This document shows positions 1 through 9,932 of a DNA stretch of 64,000 nt, one piece after another; the first letter of the stretch is position 1; the number at the start of each line of letters is the position of its first letter. Both the position numbers and the translations under genes were made by a program. The stretch is from assembly GCF_003046315.1 (NCBI RefSeq), contig NZ_PZZP01000004.1:58795-122794 (forward strand), written 5' to 3'. The notes under the pieces are model-generated. The model made no database searches. It saw only the letters and a list, made by a program, of their open reading frames with translations, and was not told the DNA's origin. This stretch comes from Desmospora activa DSM 45169 (GTDB lineage: Bacteria; Bacillota; Bacilli; Thermoactinomycetales; DSM-45169).

Positions 1-1185
1 GAGCACAGGCGGTCGCATCCGGTAAATCGACTCCACTTTTTCTATGGTTTCGCGAAAGGTGGCTACCGTTCCTTCTGTACGCTTTACCGGCTGGCCCAGC
101 ATTTGCGTAGGAATCTCCACCCCTAACCGACTTAAAATAGTAGGGGCCACATCCATACTGCTGACGATTCCCGTGCGACGAGTCGTATCGGATATGAGCA
201 GCCCCGGTTGCTCCCCCGGTCGGTAGAGGATAATCGGAAACAACCCTGTTCCCGACGGGGAGTGCTCATCGGTAGCGCTAGGAGAAAGCAACAACAACAA
301 TCGGCTCTCATCGAGACGGTTTATCACTTTCCCTATAAAAGCATCCATCTCTTTCAGCACTTGACGCTTCACCGTTTCTTGCTGTCGTGGCGCCATTTTA
401 CAAGAGAGCTGTTGTAGACGGTAAAGATCTCCCAGCTCCACCACGGCAACACCCGGTTGCGACCACGAAAAGAGACGGTCACCGATATACGAATATCGGC
501 TTTTGACACCAAAAGGACGGGATGCCTTCGCATCCAATGTTTCCCGCCCTATACTCCCCTCTGCGGTTATCCCCCGTCGATCCATGGTTAAAAGTGGAGC
601 CCATCGTACGGGACGTTCCCCTTCGTCCAAGTTTCCCAAGGCCATCGTCCCCATCCCCGCTTTTCGTAACGCTTCACCTAGGGCCCCTGGAGCGACGGTA
701 TAATGGATAGCCTCATTTTCCCGGATATATTCCATAATGGCTGGATAAATGATCGAGCCCCTCGTCGGAGAACTACCCAGCCATTGTTTATAGAGAGAAG
801 CAGCTGTCACTGGCAGTGATGACGCCAGCGACGGAACGGACTCTTCTGGTTGAAAAAAAGTTTCCTCCGGCGGCGCCACCGCGCGCGTTCCCGCACCTAA
901 GGTGGCGTAGCGATTTGAATCGATCTCCTTGCCGCCGGTCTTAACATTCATCGCCCCAATCACCCCTTTTTCTAGCAGATGATGCAAATGGGGAGTTTCA
1001 TTCTGCTGCAAATCTTGTAGCGATAGCCCATATACACTGATGACCCACACTTGACGCAATGGGTGTTTATTCTGCCCTTCCCTACGATCGACAAAGGCGG
1101 GTACATTCCAAAGCAATGTCGTCACCATTACCGCCAATACAATACCAATAATCAACCATACCCGACCCAAACGGCGTATGTTCAC
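1..1185 (-). CDS. Sulfatase/alkaline-phosphatase superfamily protein, membrane-anchored. N-terminal part only; gene runs off the window start.
   Basis: Minus-strand frame open from GTG at 1183-1185 (RBS GGTGAGG) to position 1. N-terminus MNIRRLGRVWLIIGIVLAVMV is a TM/signal anchor. C-terminal part reads ...ATDEHSPSGTGLFPIILYRPGE...MDVAPTIL, typical of the sulfatase/LtaS/AlkP fold. Translated by eye. Confidence 0.45.
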   Translation of the reverse strand, partial: MNIRRLGRVWLIIGIVLAVMVTTLLWNVPAFVDRREGQNKHPLRQVWVISVYGLSLQDLQQNETPHLHHLLEKGVIGAMNVKTGGKEIDSNRYATLGAGTRAVAPPEETFFQPEESVPSLASSLPVTAASLYKQWLGSSPTRGSIIYPAIMEYIRENEAIHYTVAPGALGEALRKAGMGTMALGNLDEGERPVRWAPLLTMDRRGITAEGSIGRETLDAKASRPFGVKSRYSYIGDRLFSWSQPGVAVVELGDLYRLQQLSCKMAPRQQETVKRQVLKEMDAFIGKVINRLDESRLLLLLSPSATDEHSPSGTGLFPIILYRPGEQPGLLISDTTRRTGIVSSMDVAPTILSRLGVEIPTQMLGQPVKRTEGTVATFRETIEKVESIYRMRPPVL

Positions 1186-1251
1186 CAACCTCACCCGTTC
1201 CACCTATTTTTTTATAGGTTGACCGAAGAGCGCTGGAGTATGCCTTGTTGT

Positions 1252-1369
1252 TTTTCCACACATCATCCACACGTTATCCACAAGTTATACACATACTCAC
1301 ACCTTCTATATCAACAACTACACCACTTATCCACAATTTCTGTTAAAAAGAGGCGATGACTTTTCCACA
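1252..1369 (+). promoter_or_regulatory. DnaA-box cluster downstream of tsaD (gcp). Two perfect and four 1-mismatch TTATCCACA boxes, all in one orientation.
   Basis: ttttccaca 1252-1260, tcatccaca 1263-1271, ttatccaca 1274-1282, ttatacaca 1285-1293, ttatccaca 1327-1335, ttttccaca 1361-1369. B. subtilis has a known DnaA-box cluster in the gcp-ydiF intergenic region. Confidence 0.6.
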
Positions 1370-1480
1370 GGTTTATGGGAAAGCTCCCCGGTGATAAAAA
1401 AAGCCGCTGACGTATTTGTCAGCAGCCCGATTGATAACAGAGTGGGTCTGGGGCCCGATTCGTCTTCGTGCCTCTTTCCC

Positions 1481-2497
1481 TTATAGAATTAACGGCAGAT
1501 CTGGCCGTGCATTCAGATTGAGACCGTCCCGCTCCCCTTCCCAAAAGCGGTAAGTACCCGCTGCTGCAATCATGGCGGCGTTATCGGTACACAATTCGAG
1601 GGGAGGGACCCGTAGATCGATCCCTTCCCGCTCACACCGTTTTGCCAATGCTTCGCGCAAAGGTTTGTTGGCGGATACACCACCCGCCAATACCAGATGA
1701 GAAACCTTTTTTTGTTTCGCGGCACGGATCGCTTTTTCCACCAATACTTCCTGTACGGCCGCCTGAAAGCTGGCGGCCAAATCGGCACGATTGATATCCA
1801 GACTGCGTTGGCGCGCATTGTGCAACCAGTTGATTACCGCCGATTTTAAACCACTAAAGCTAAAATCGAGTGAATCCGGCTCCAACCAAGCGCGAGGAAA
1901 ATCAATCACAGGTTTTCCCTCCCGGGCCAACGCCTCTATCTGCGGGCCACCGGGATAGGGGAGATCCAGCACCCGTGCCACCTTGTCAAACGCTTCCCCC
2001 GCTGCGTCGTCCCGGGTACGTCCTAAGCGTTCAAAGCGGTAATGATCAGACATATAAATTAACTCGGTATGCCCACCCGACACGACCAACGCAATTACAG
2101 GGAAGGACAATGGTTTTACCAAGTGACTAGCATAGATATGACCGGCGATATGATGTACCCCGACCAATGGAATTCCCTGGGCAAATGAAAGCGCCTTGGC
2201 AGCTGCAACACCGATGAGCAGCGCCCCCACTAACCCCGGTCCCTGCGTAACCGCCACCGCCGACAAATCCTGTTGCCGCACCTGGGCCCGCTCCAGTGCC
2301 TCCTGTATAATCCAGGTGATTCGTTCCACATGACGGCGGGAAGCCACTTCCGGCACAACGCCGCCAAACCGACGATGAATCTCAACCTGGGAGGAGATCA
2401 CATTGGAAAGCAGGCGGTGGCCGTCTTCCACCACCGCCGCCGCCGTTTCATCGCAACTCGTTTCGATTCCCAGTATCCTGCATCGTTGTTCCCTCAT
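1481..2497 (-). CDS. tsaD: tRNA N6-adenosine threonylcarbamoyltransferase TsaD (Gcp/Kae1)
   Basis: 338 aa. N-terminus [23 protein letters not shown]... is near-collinear with B. subtilis Gcp. Last gene of the thiL-tsaEB-rimI-tsaD operon. Confidence 0.9.
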   Translation of the reverse strand: MREQRCRILGIETSCDETAAAVVEDGHRLLSNVISSQVEIHRRFGGVVPEVASRRHVERITWIIQEALERAQVRQQDLSAVAVTQGPGLVGALLIGVAAAKALSFAQGIPLVGVHHIAGHIYASHLVKPLSFPVIALVVSGGHTELIYMSDHYRFERLGRTRDDAAGEAFDKVARVLDLPYPGGPQIEALAREGKPVIDFPRAWLEPDSLDFSFSGLKSAVINWLHNARQRSLDINRADLAASFQAAVQEVLVEKAIRAAKQKKVSHLVLAGGVSANKPLREALAKRCEREGIDLRVPPLELCTDNAAMIAAAGTYRFWEGERDGLNLNARPDLPLIL

Positions 2498-2960
2498 CAG
2501 ATCCTCCGTTCAAACGAGCCCACATAATCATCGCATCTTCTTGGTTGTCCGTATAGTAACGGGGCCGCAATCCACTTGAGGCAAAGCCCATCTTTTGATA
2601 CAGACGCTGTGCGATATGGTTGGAGACCCGCACTTCCAATGTCATGCTTTCCGCTCCCAACCGCCAAGCTCGTTTCATCGCATACTCCATCGTTTCCTTA
2701 CCGATCCCTTGCCCGCGGTAGTCGGGAGCGATGGCAATGTTGGTGATATGGGCTTCGTTAACAATCAGCCACATCCCGATGTAGCCGATCACCCGTTTTG
2801 CTTTTTCCACTACCGTATAATCGGCAAATTGATTGTGACACAATTCATTGAAAAACGCTTGCCGTGTCCAGGGAGCGGAAAAAGAAGCTTCTTCCACTTG
2901 CATCACTTCAGGGATATCGGCAACCGTCATCGGGCGGAAACTAACCGCCGGTGGGGCCAT
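2448..2960 (-). CDS. rimI: Ribosomal-protein-alanine N-acetyltransferase RimI (GNAT)
   Basis: 170 aa. GNAT motifs ([22 protein letters not shown]). Embedded between tsaB and tsaD as in B. subtilis ydiD. 3' end overlaps tsaD by 50 nt. Confidence 0.8.
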   Translation of the reverse strand: MAPPAVSFRPMTVADIPEVMQVEEASFSAPWTRQAFFNELCHNQFADYTVVEKAKRVIGYIGMWLIVNEAHITNIAIAPDYRGQGIGKETMEYAMKRAWRLGAESMTLEVRVSNHIAQRLYQKMGFASSGLRPRYYTDNQEDAMIMWARLNGGSDEGTTMQDTGNRNELR

Positions 2961-3672
2961 CAGGCTTCACTCCGTTCTGCCGGGCTTGCAGCCACTTGGT
3001 TTCCGCTTCAGTCAATTGTAGGTAGTCAGGTCCTACATCGGCTCCCGCCCCCGGCTTTCCGGCACGGGCTTCCTCTAGTGCCAACAGGCCCAAATGTGCG
3101 GCTTGAACCGCATTTTCCCCCGGTGAACCAAACACGGCTTCATCCCTCAGAAATTCCTCAATTTCTGTACGAAATGTTTCTACATCATCCCCTAAAAACA
3201 AAAAGGGGCCGTTTCCTTTCAGTCTCTCCAACCAAGCGTCGATAGCGATCACCTGCTCTGACACGACAGGAGTCACCAAACCCTCTCTCCCTTGAAACCA
3301 ACCGGTATATACTCGCTTACGACGTGCATCAAAAAGGGGAATAATCCCACCAGGGAAGCGATTGCCGTTCATTGCCAACGCAACCAAGCTGGATATGGGA
3401 TACAACGGCAGATTGAGGCTCCATGCCATCGTTTTGGCAGTAGTAAAACCGATGCGAACACCAGTATAGGAACCGGGTCCACGGGCGACAGCAATCGCCT
3501 CCAGCTCTGCCGGTTTTAGCTCCAACTCCTGCAATAGATGAGATACCGTCGGCATCAATCGAACCGAATGATTTTTATGTAAATTGGTAGTTACTTGACC
3601 CAATAGGCGCTCCCCGTCTATAACCGCCACCCCCAACACCAGGGTGGAGGTATCCAGTGCCAGCATTTTCAT
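2941..3672 (-). CDS. tsaB: tRNA threonylcarbamoyladenosine biosynthesis protein TsaB (YeaZ)
   Basis: 243 aa. MKMLALDTSTLVLGVAV... inactive Kae1 paralog signature. Operon context. Confidence 0.85.
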   Translation of the reverse strand: MKMLALDTSTLVLGVAVIDGERLLGQVTTNLHKNHSVRLMPTVSHLLQELELKPAELEAIAVARGPGSYTGVRIGFTTAKTMAWSLNLPLYPISSLVALAMNGNRFPGGIIPLFDARRKRVYTGWFQGREGLVTPVVSEQVIAIDAWLERLKGNGPFLFLGDDVETFRTEIEEFLRDEAVFGSPGENAVQAAHLGLLALEEARAGKPGAGADVGPDYLQLTEAETKWLQARQNGVKPDGPTGG

Positions 3673-3675
3673 GTG

Positions 3676-4146
3676 TTATAACCCCTTTAACAAGCGCTCC
3701 TCATAACCGGAGGGTACCGTTATGTGGATACGGCGACTATTTTCATCCAGTCGCTCAATCTGAATCGCAATCCGCGCTTGCGGCAACCAGGATTGAATCC
3801 GACTGGCCCACTCCACCAGACAGACACCATCCCCCTCAAAGTATTCGTCCCATCCCAATTCTTCCGCCTCCTCCTCCAGCCGGTAGGCATCCATGTGGTA
3901 CAAGGGAAGTCGCCCGTCGTGGTACTCTTTGATCAGGGTAAAGGTGGGGCTGTCGATCGGCTCCAAAATCCCCAATCCCTGGGCCAAACCTTGGGAAAAA
4001 GTTGTTTTGCCCGTACCCAGATCCCCTTCTAGTGTAAGAACATCCCCGGATTGAAGACGTGTTGCCAACTTGGCGGCTAATGCTTGCGTCTCCTGTGGGC
4101 TCTGTGTGACCCATTCGGCCTCTAACCTAGACATCTTTAGTGTCAC
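3676..4146 (-). CDS. tsaE: tRNA threonylcarbamoyladenosine biosynthesis ATPase TsaE (YjeE)
   Basis: 156 aa. Walker A GDLGTGKTTF. Context between thiL and tsaB. Confidence 0.85.
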   Translation of the reverse strand: MTLKMSRLEAEWVTQSPQETQALAAKLATRLQSGDVLTLEGDLGTGKTTFSQGLAQGLGILEPIDSPTFTLIKEYHDGRLPLYHMDAYRLEEEAEELGWDEYFEGDGVCLVEWASRIQSWLPQARIAIQIERLDENSRRIHITVPSGYEERLLKGL

Positions 4147-5156
4147 CCTTTACGAAAATGGTTAAAACCCCGTTGGGTCAGCTCTCGCCGCCCCTCTTCA
4201 TCGATATAGTCTACCCTTGCCCTCCCTGCTTCCACCCGTCCAACCGGGATTAGCTGCAAACCACGCTCTTGGGCTCCACGGCAAATCAGTTCCCATTTCG
4301 GTGCAGAAACCGTTCCCACCAACTGAAAATCCTCTCCCCCAAAAAGCGCCCACTCCACGGGATCAATCTTTTTTTCCCGTGCATAAGCGCGTGTTTCATC
4401 ATTCAGGGGAATCCGCTCTTTTTCAAGAACCACTGTTACACCGCTAGCTACGGCGATATCGTAAGCCTCCTGGGCCAAACCATCGCTGATATCATTTAAC
4501 GCGATCCGCGCCCCGCTCTCCAACAACCAACGGCCTACATCCACCTGCGGTCGGGGGCGTTGGTGAGCGACGATTAAACCGGGATATGCCTGATTCCCAT
4601 CCGAGGCCTGAAGCAGCCGATCCAGTCCTGCAGCTGATGCCCCCAAGGGTCCCGTCACAAACACGATATCATCCGCTCGGGCAGAAGAGCGAAGCAATGC
4701 TTGCCCTGCCTCTACCTCCCCCAATAGTGTAATCGTAAGCACCAAATGGCGGGGAGAGCGCACGGTATCACCACCAACTAAGCGCACATCATGCTGGCGT
4801 GCCAGCATATCCATCCCTTGATAGATCGCTTCCAACGCAGATGACTCCCATTGATCCGGTACGCCCAAGGAGACTAAGGCATAGGTAGGGATCCCTCCCA
4901 TCGCCGCTACATCACTTATATTGGCCGCCAAACACTTCCATCCGATCGATGTAGCATCCATGGTCTGCGGAAGAAAATGGACCGTTTCCACCATCGTATC
5001 ACAGGTAAACACCGTCGACATCCCCTGGCGATGACGGATCACCGCCGCATCATCACCGGCATCCACCTCAACCCCCGAATCGGGAGAAATCGTGTTCCTT
5101 TGATGTAACAACTGGCGGATCAATTCAAATTCATCCACTTCCTTCACCCCCACCAA
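4143..5156 (-). CDS. thiL: Thiamine-monophosphate kinase ThiL
   Basis: 337 aa. AIR synthase-related fold (DDAAV...GDTV...VSLGVP). First gene of the operon as in B. subtilis ydiA. Confidence 0.85.
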   Translation of the reverse strand: MVGVKEVDEFELIRQLLHQRNTISPDSGVEVDAGDDAAVIRHRQGMSTVFTCDTMVETVHFLPQTMDATSIGWKCLAANISDVAAMGGIPTYALVSLGVPDQWESSALEAIYQGMDMLARQHDVRLVGGDTVRSPRHLVLTITLLGEVEAGQALLRSSARADDIVFVTGPLGASAAGLDRLLQASDGNQAYPGLIVAHQRPRPQVDVGRWLLESGARIALNDISDGLAQEAYDIAVASGVTVVLEKERIPLNDETRAYAREKKIDPVEWALFGGEDFQLVGTVSAPKWELICRGAQERGLQLIPVGRVEAGRARVDYIDEEGRRELTQRGFNHFRKG

Positions 5157-5169
5157 AAAGCAATATACG

Positions 5170-5194
5170 AAAAAACCGCAGCAAATCGCTGCGG
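5170..5194 (-). terminator. Rho-independent terminator ending the upstream tRNA operon, just before the thiL promoter region
   Basis: Stem ccgcagc/gctgcgg (5176-5182/5188-5194), loop aaatc. Minus-strand RNA follows with UUUUUUCG (A-run 5170-5175 on plus). Confidence 0.6.
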
Positions 5195-5200
5195 TCGGTT

Positions 5201-5274
5201 TGGAGCGGGTGAAGGGAATCGAACCCTCACATTCGGCTTGGAAGGCCGATGTTCTACCATTGAACTACACCCGC
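5201..5274 (-). tRNA. tRNA-Gly (anticodon UCC)
   Basis: gcgggtgtagttcaatggtagaac...ccttccaag...ggttcgattcccttcacccgctcca. 74 nt with encoded CCA. Cloverleaf folded by hand. Confidence 0.85.
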
Positions 5275-5290
5275 ATAATAATATGGGATA

Positions 5291-5367
<77 letters not shown>

Positions 5368-5396
5368 GGAAGCGAATAACCGGCGTCATAATAAAA

Positions 5397-5483
5397 TGGT
5401 GCGGTCGGCGAGACTCGAACTCGCACGGCCTTGCGGCCACTACCCCCTCAAGATAGCGTGTCTGCCTATTCCACCACGACCGC
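5397..5483 (-). tRNA. tRNA-Leu (anticodon GAG)
   Basis: gcggtcgtggtggaataggcagac...ctatcTTGAGGGggtag + long variable arm + gagttcgagtctcgccgaccgcacca. 87 nt. Confidence 0.8.
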
Positions 5484-5498
5484 ATGTCATTTTGACTT

Positions 5499-5582
5499 TG
5501 GTGCGGGTGGAGGGACTCGAACCCCCACGCCAGAGGCGCTAGATCCTAAGTCTAGTGCGTCTGCCAATTCCGCCACACCCGC
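5499..5582 (-). tRNA. tRNA-Leu (anticodon UAG)
   Basis: gcgggtgtggcggaattggcagacgcactagaCTTAGGAtctag + long variable arm + gggggttcgagtccctccacccgcacca. 84 nt. Confidence 0.8.
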
Positions 5583-5898
5583 GTAATGACGCTGTTTCCA
5601 GCAGTTATGCAACGCATCTTTTTCGGGGTCACGCATGAAATTCGCTCAAGTTTTAAAGGGATGGCGAATTGTTTTGCGTTAGGCCGGAGAAATGTGCGCC
5701 TCGCATCGACAAGAAAAATAATAACATGGATAGATAGATGGAGTCAAGCGGTAAAATAAATTTCATTATATAAAATGAAGTCGATCGATGAAAAATGGAT
5801 CACTCTTCCTTTCAAGGTTCAAATATGTTGTCTTAAGCTATTCTTAAATTCGATTCAGTCTTAATACCAAGATTTCTCGTTGACAGGTTTTTCGCCCC

Positions 5899-6321
5899 GT
5901 GATCGTGCCCCTAAAAGACGTGAAAGATGCCGCCTTTTCTTCTGGAGCGGTCGGGAAAGGAGTAGCCGTTGTCCCTATCGAAGGAAAGTTATACGCCCCA
6001 GCCCAGGGAACGATCCAATCGGTCTTTCCCACCAGTCATGCAGTAGGCCTGACAACAAAGGAAGGGATCGAAGTGCTGATGCATATCGGCCTTGATACCG
6101 TAAAATTGAATGGCCGCTTTTTTCACAGCCATGTAAAACCAGGGGACCATGTAGAGGTAGGACAATTACTGATCAGCTTTGATCGAAAAGCGATCGCCAA
6201 CGCCGGCTATGATTTATCTACTCCGATCGTTATCACCAACGCCGGCGATTACCTGGATGTGGTCAGCCCCGATGACGGCAACGTCAAACCGGGCAACTCC
6301 CTCATTTCCATCATCCAATAA
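5899..6321 (+). CDS. PTS glucose-family EIIA domain protein (Crr-like), standalone and short
   Basis: 140 aa from GTG. Region ...VVPIEGKLYAPAQGTIQSVFPTSHAVGLTTKEGIEVLMHIGLDTVKLNGRFFHSHVKPGDHVEVGQLL... aligns to EIIA-Glc, including the HIGLDTV phosphorylation-site motif. In-frame stop at 5881 prevents a longer N-terminus. No RBS; the start is uncertain. Confidence 0.6.
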   Translation: MIVPLKDVKDAAFSSGAVGKGVAVVPIEGKLYAPAQGTIQSVFPTSHAVGLTTKEGIEVLMHIGLDTVKLNGRFFHSHVKPGDHVEVGQLLISFDRKAIANAGYDLSTPIVITNAGDYLDVVSPDDGNVKPGNSLISIIQ

Positions 6322-7806
<1,485 letters not shown>

Positions 7807-7974
7807 GAAATACGATCAACCCACTATAGAAAGAGGCCTGAGAGCATGGTTCTTTCAGGTCCCTTTTATCTTCACACCATCTCATCGATGGCGCAGCCTT
7901 AACTTGAGAGTTGTCCAAAACAGAATTGGAGCTAACCACCTCATAATCCCGCATTTAGGGGCGATTGGAATCTC

Positions 7975-8018
7975 AAAAAACAAAAGAGAGACCCCTTTTT
8001 GCGGGATCTCTCTTTTGT
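7975..8018 (-). terminator. Rho-independent terminator for the 8-tRNA operon (minus strand)
   Basis: Hairpin aaaagagagatccc / ggggtctctctttt at plus 7983-8018. On the minus-strand RNA it is followed by GUUUUUUGAG. Confidence 0.55.
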
Positions 8019-8140
8019 CATATAGTCAAGGGTTTGTGTTAGGTTATGTTTTCATCGGCATAAAAAAAGCGGTCTGCGACAAGGCTACTGCCAAGGCTAC
8101 CAACTTTTTTAGTACTTCCGATATTTTAATTCGATAATCA

Positions 8141-8216
8141 TGGTGAGCCATCCAGGACTCGAACCTGGGACACCCTGATTAAAAGTCAGGTGCTCTGCCG
8201 ACTGAGCTAATGGCTC
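8141..8216 (-). tRNA. tRNA-Lys (anticodon UUU)
   Basis: gagccattagctcagtcggcagagcacctgaCTTTTAAtcagg...ggttcgagtcctggatggctcacca. 76 nt. Confidence 0.85.
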
Positions 8217-8223
8217 ATGGTAA

Positions 8224-8298
8224 TGGCTGGGGAGGCAGGATTCGAACCTGCGCATGACGGAGTCAAAGTCCGCTGCCTTACCACTTGGCTACTCCCCA
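8224..8298 (-). tRNA. tRNA-Gln (anticodon UUG)
   Basis: tggggagtagccaagtggtaaggcagcggaCTTTGACtccgt...ggttcgaatcctgcctccccagcca. 75 nt. Confidence 0.85.
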
Positions 8299-8310
8299 TC
8301 ATACAGGGAG

Positions 8311-8387
8311 ATTATTAAAGTGGGGCGACCAGTGGGAATCGAACCCACGAATGCCGGAGCCACAATCCGGTGCGTTAACCACTTCGC
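8311..8387 (-). tRNA. tRNA-His (anticodon GUG), with encoded G-1
   Basis: g-gcggccatggcgaagtggttaacgcaccggaTTGTGGCtccgg...ggttcgattcccactggtcgcccca. 77 nt including the extra 5' G. Confidence 0.85.
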
Positions 8388-8403
8388 CATGGCCGCCATA
8401 AAA

Positions 8404-8480
8404 TGGCGGAGCTGACGGGACTCGAACCCGCGACCTCCGGCGTGACAGGCCGGCGTGAACTCCAACTTCACCACAGCTCC
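8404..8480 (-). tRNA. tRNA-Asp (anticodon GUC)
   Basis: ggagctgtggtgaagttggagttcacgccggCCTGTCACgccgg aggtcgcgggttcgagtcccgtcagctccgcca. 77 nt. Confidence 0.8.
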
Positions 8481-8486
8481 GCGTTA

Positions 8487-8561
8487 TGGTGGACGGTGAC
8501 GGGATTGAACCGCCGACCCCCTGCGTGTGAAGCAGGTGCTCTCCCCCTGAGCTAACCGTCC
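8487..8561 (-). tRNA. tRNA-Val (anticodon CAC)
   Basis: ggacggttagctcagggggagagcacctgcTTCACACgcagg gggtcggcggttcaatcccgtcaccgtccacca. 75 nt. Anticodon loop uuCACac. Confidence 0.75.
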
Positions 8562-8633
8562 TTAGAAGCCTGTCTGCAACTTTGTCGCTACGGATGGTTT
8601 TATCCTGCACAAAGCGTAGGCTTCTATTTGAAT

Positions 8634-8709
8634 TGGTGACCCGTAGGGGATTCGAACCCCTGAATGCCAGCGTGAAAGGCTGGTGTGTTAACCGCTTCAC
8701 CAACGGGCC
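8634..8709 (-). tRNA. tRNA-Glu (anticodon UUC)
   Basis: ggcccgttggtgaagcggttaacacaccagcCTTTCACgctgg cattcaggggttcgaatcccctacgggtcacca. 76 nt. Confidence 0.85.
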
Positions 8710-8736
8710 TTACATCTGAGCTACCTTGAGCGATAT

Positions 8737-8829
8737 GGCGGAGAGAGCGGGATTCGAACCCGCGCGGGGCCATAAAACCCCCTAACGGTTTAGCAAACCG
8801 TCCTCTTCGGCCTCTTGAGTATCTCTCCG
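8737..8829 (-). tRNA. tRNA-Ser (anticodon GCU), long variable arm
   Basis: ggagagatactcaagaggccgaagaggacggtTTGCTAAaccgt + about 20-nt variable arm + gcgggttcgaatcccgctctctccgcca. 93 nt. Confidence 0.8.
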
Positions 8830-8834
8830 CAACT

Positions 8835-8909
8835 GGCTCCTCCGGCAGGACTCGAACCTGCAACCTACCGGTTAACAGCCGGACGCTCTACCATTGAGCT
8901 ACAGAGGAC
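8835..8909 (-). tRNA. tRNA-Asn (anticodon GUU)
   Basis: tcctctgtagctcaatggtagagcgtccggCTGTTAAccggt aggttgcaggttcgagtcctgccggaggagcca. 75 nt. First gene of the operon. Confidence 0.85.
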
Positions 8910-8932
8910 CATTCCAAAAGCGACATGATTAA

Positions 8933-8961
8933 TTATAATTGATAGAGATCCAATTTGCAAG
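8933..8961 (-). promoter_or_regulatory. Sigma-A promoter of the 8-tRNA operon: TTGCAA-17-TATAAT with an A-rich UP element
   Basis: Minus strand: -35 ttgcaa (plus 8956-8961), 17-nt spacer, -10 tataat (plus 8933-8938). About 24 nt upstream of the tRNA-Asn 5' end. A/T tract 8962-8980 sits upstream of the -35. Confidence 0.75.
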
Positions 8962-9040
8962 AGGGTTTTTGATTTTTTTAGGGCATTGATTGTAAAAAAT
9001 CTTCCCCTCTTTGAGTGCTTTAACAGCTTAGCACAGGTTG

Positions 9041-9108
9041 ACTTTGCTCGTCAACCATATTTTTTAGTGAAGAAAGCATCGTTGACGGGTCGCAACAATG
9101 CTTTCTTC
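9041..9108. repeat. Two adjacent perfect or near-perfect hairpins. A 7-bp stem (ggttgac/gtcaacc) and a 16-bp stem (gaagaaagcatcgttg/caacaatgctttcttc).
   Basis: Lie between the M15 peptidase gene end and the tRNA promoter. The first is followed by a T-run on the plus strand and is terminator-like in plus orientation. Neither has a U-run in minus orientation. Confidence 0.5.
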
Positions 9109-9154
9109 AAATGAATGATCGAACTGAATCAAGTCAACCATCTTGGGTTATACT

Positions 9155-9883
9155 TTAGTCGACCCACCACCAGGATTGGGATCCGTAGGGGTATTCAATG
9201 CGACTATCCACATGGACAAACGAGCTATATCGTTGAATGCCGCTAAAGCCGCTCGATTTGGCGATATCGCGTACTTGTGCCGGAGTTCTTCCACTGACGA
9301 CGATATCTGCAGCCACCCCATATAGATGCATACTGTTGGAAGCGCCGCCTACATTGCTGTTATGGTTGATACTGCGAAAACCGGAATTGATCGTAATCGG
9401 GGAATCGCCTGCTTTTTTGCGGACCGCTTCCAGCTTCCACATCAACCGGCGCACATTTTCCCGCACGGTGGTGGAGTCCACCTTGCCGCCACTAAATCCA
9501 CTGCCATCTTTGGAATGAAATTCACTAAAGTTGAAATGGCGGGTGGAGCCGTCAGCAGCTTCCAAATTATTGAGCGCTTGTTGTGTAGCGGGTCCGACAA
9601 TGCCATCCGCAGCCAGACCATAAGCGCGCTGAAACCGCCGCACTGCCGCATCTGTTGCCGGACCGAATTGCCCGTCTACAGCCACATACGTACGACTGGG
9701 ACCGTCTGCCGCCCAACCGGCAACCCGGATCTGAAGCTCTCTAACATCCGCACCGCTATCCCCCTGCTTTAAGGTGCGTGTCCAATTGTAAGCGTCCGCT
9801 TGCACAGGTTGAAATACCAACGGCATTACCAACAGAAACGCCAACAGCCATGTCAAACCTTTCATCCCATATTTGGTTGCCAT
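9155..9883 (-). CDS. Secreted peptidoglycan-binding M15-family zinc peptidase (D-alanyl-D-alanine carboxypeptidase-like, Peptidase_M15_3)
   Basis: Signal peptide. PG_binding_1-like repeat (GDSGADVRELQIRVAGW...GQFGPATDAAVRRFQRAYGLAADGIVGPATQQAL) followed by an M15 core (SGFRS...H.YGVAADI...VHVD). Start placed at MATKYG because AGGAG lies 7 nt upstream. The ORF extends 24 nt further upstream without an RBS. Confidence 0.75.
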   Translation of the reverse strand: MATKYGMKGLTWLLAFLLVMPLVFQPVQADAYNWTRTLKQGDSGADVRELQIRVAGWAADGPSRTYVAVDGQFGPATDAAVRRFQRAYGLAADGIVGPATQQALNNLEAADGSTRHFNFSEFHSKDGSGFSGGKVDSTTVRENVRRLMWKLEAVRKKAGDSPITINSGFRSINHNSNVGGASNSMHLYGVAADIVVSGRTPAQVRDIAKSSGFSGIQRYSSFVHVDSRIEYPYGSQSWWWVD

Positions 9884-9932
9884 CTCTTTTCTCCTCTTTT
9901 CTTTCAAATATTTTCATTTATTAGAAAAAGGG

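Noticed and set aside
5880-5885. TTGACA as the -35 of a promoter for the EIIA gene
   Set aside because: It lies only 14 nt upstream of the GTG start, leaving no room for a -10, a TSS and an RBS.
5600-5898. LicT-type RAT/terminator antitermination element upstream of EIIA-bglA
   Set aside because: Only a weak resemblance (aattgttttgcgttaggcc) to the RAT consensus, and no overlapping terminator.
8289-8863. ORFs of 61-134 aa overlapping the tRNA cluster
   Set aside because: They overlap eight tRNA genes, and their translations are dominated by tRNA-derived sequence.
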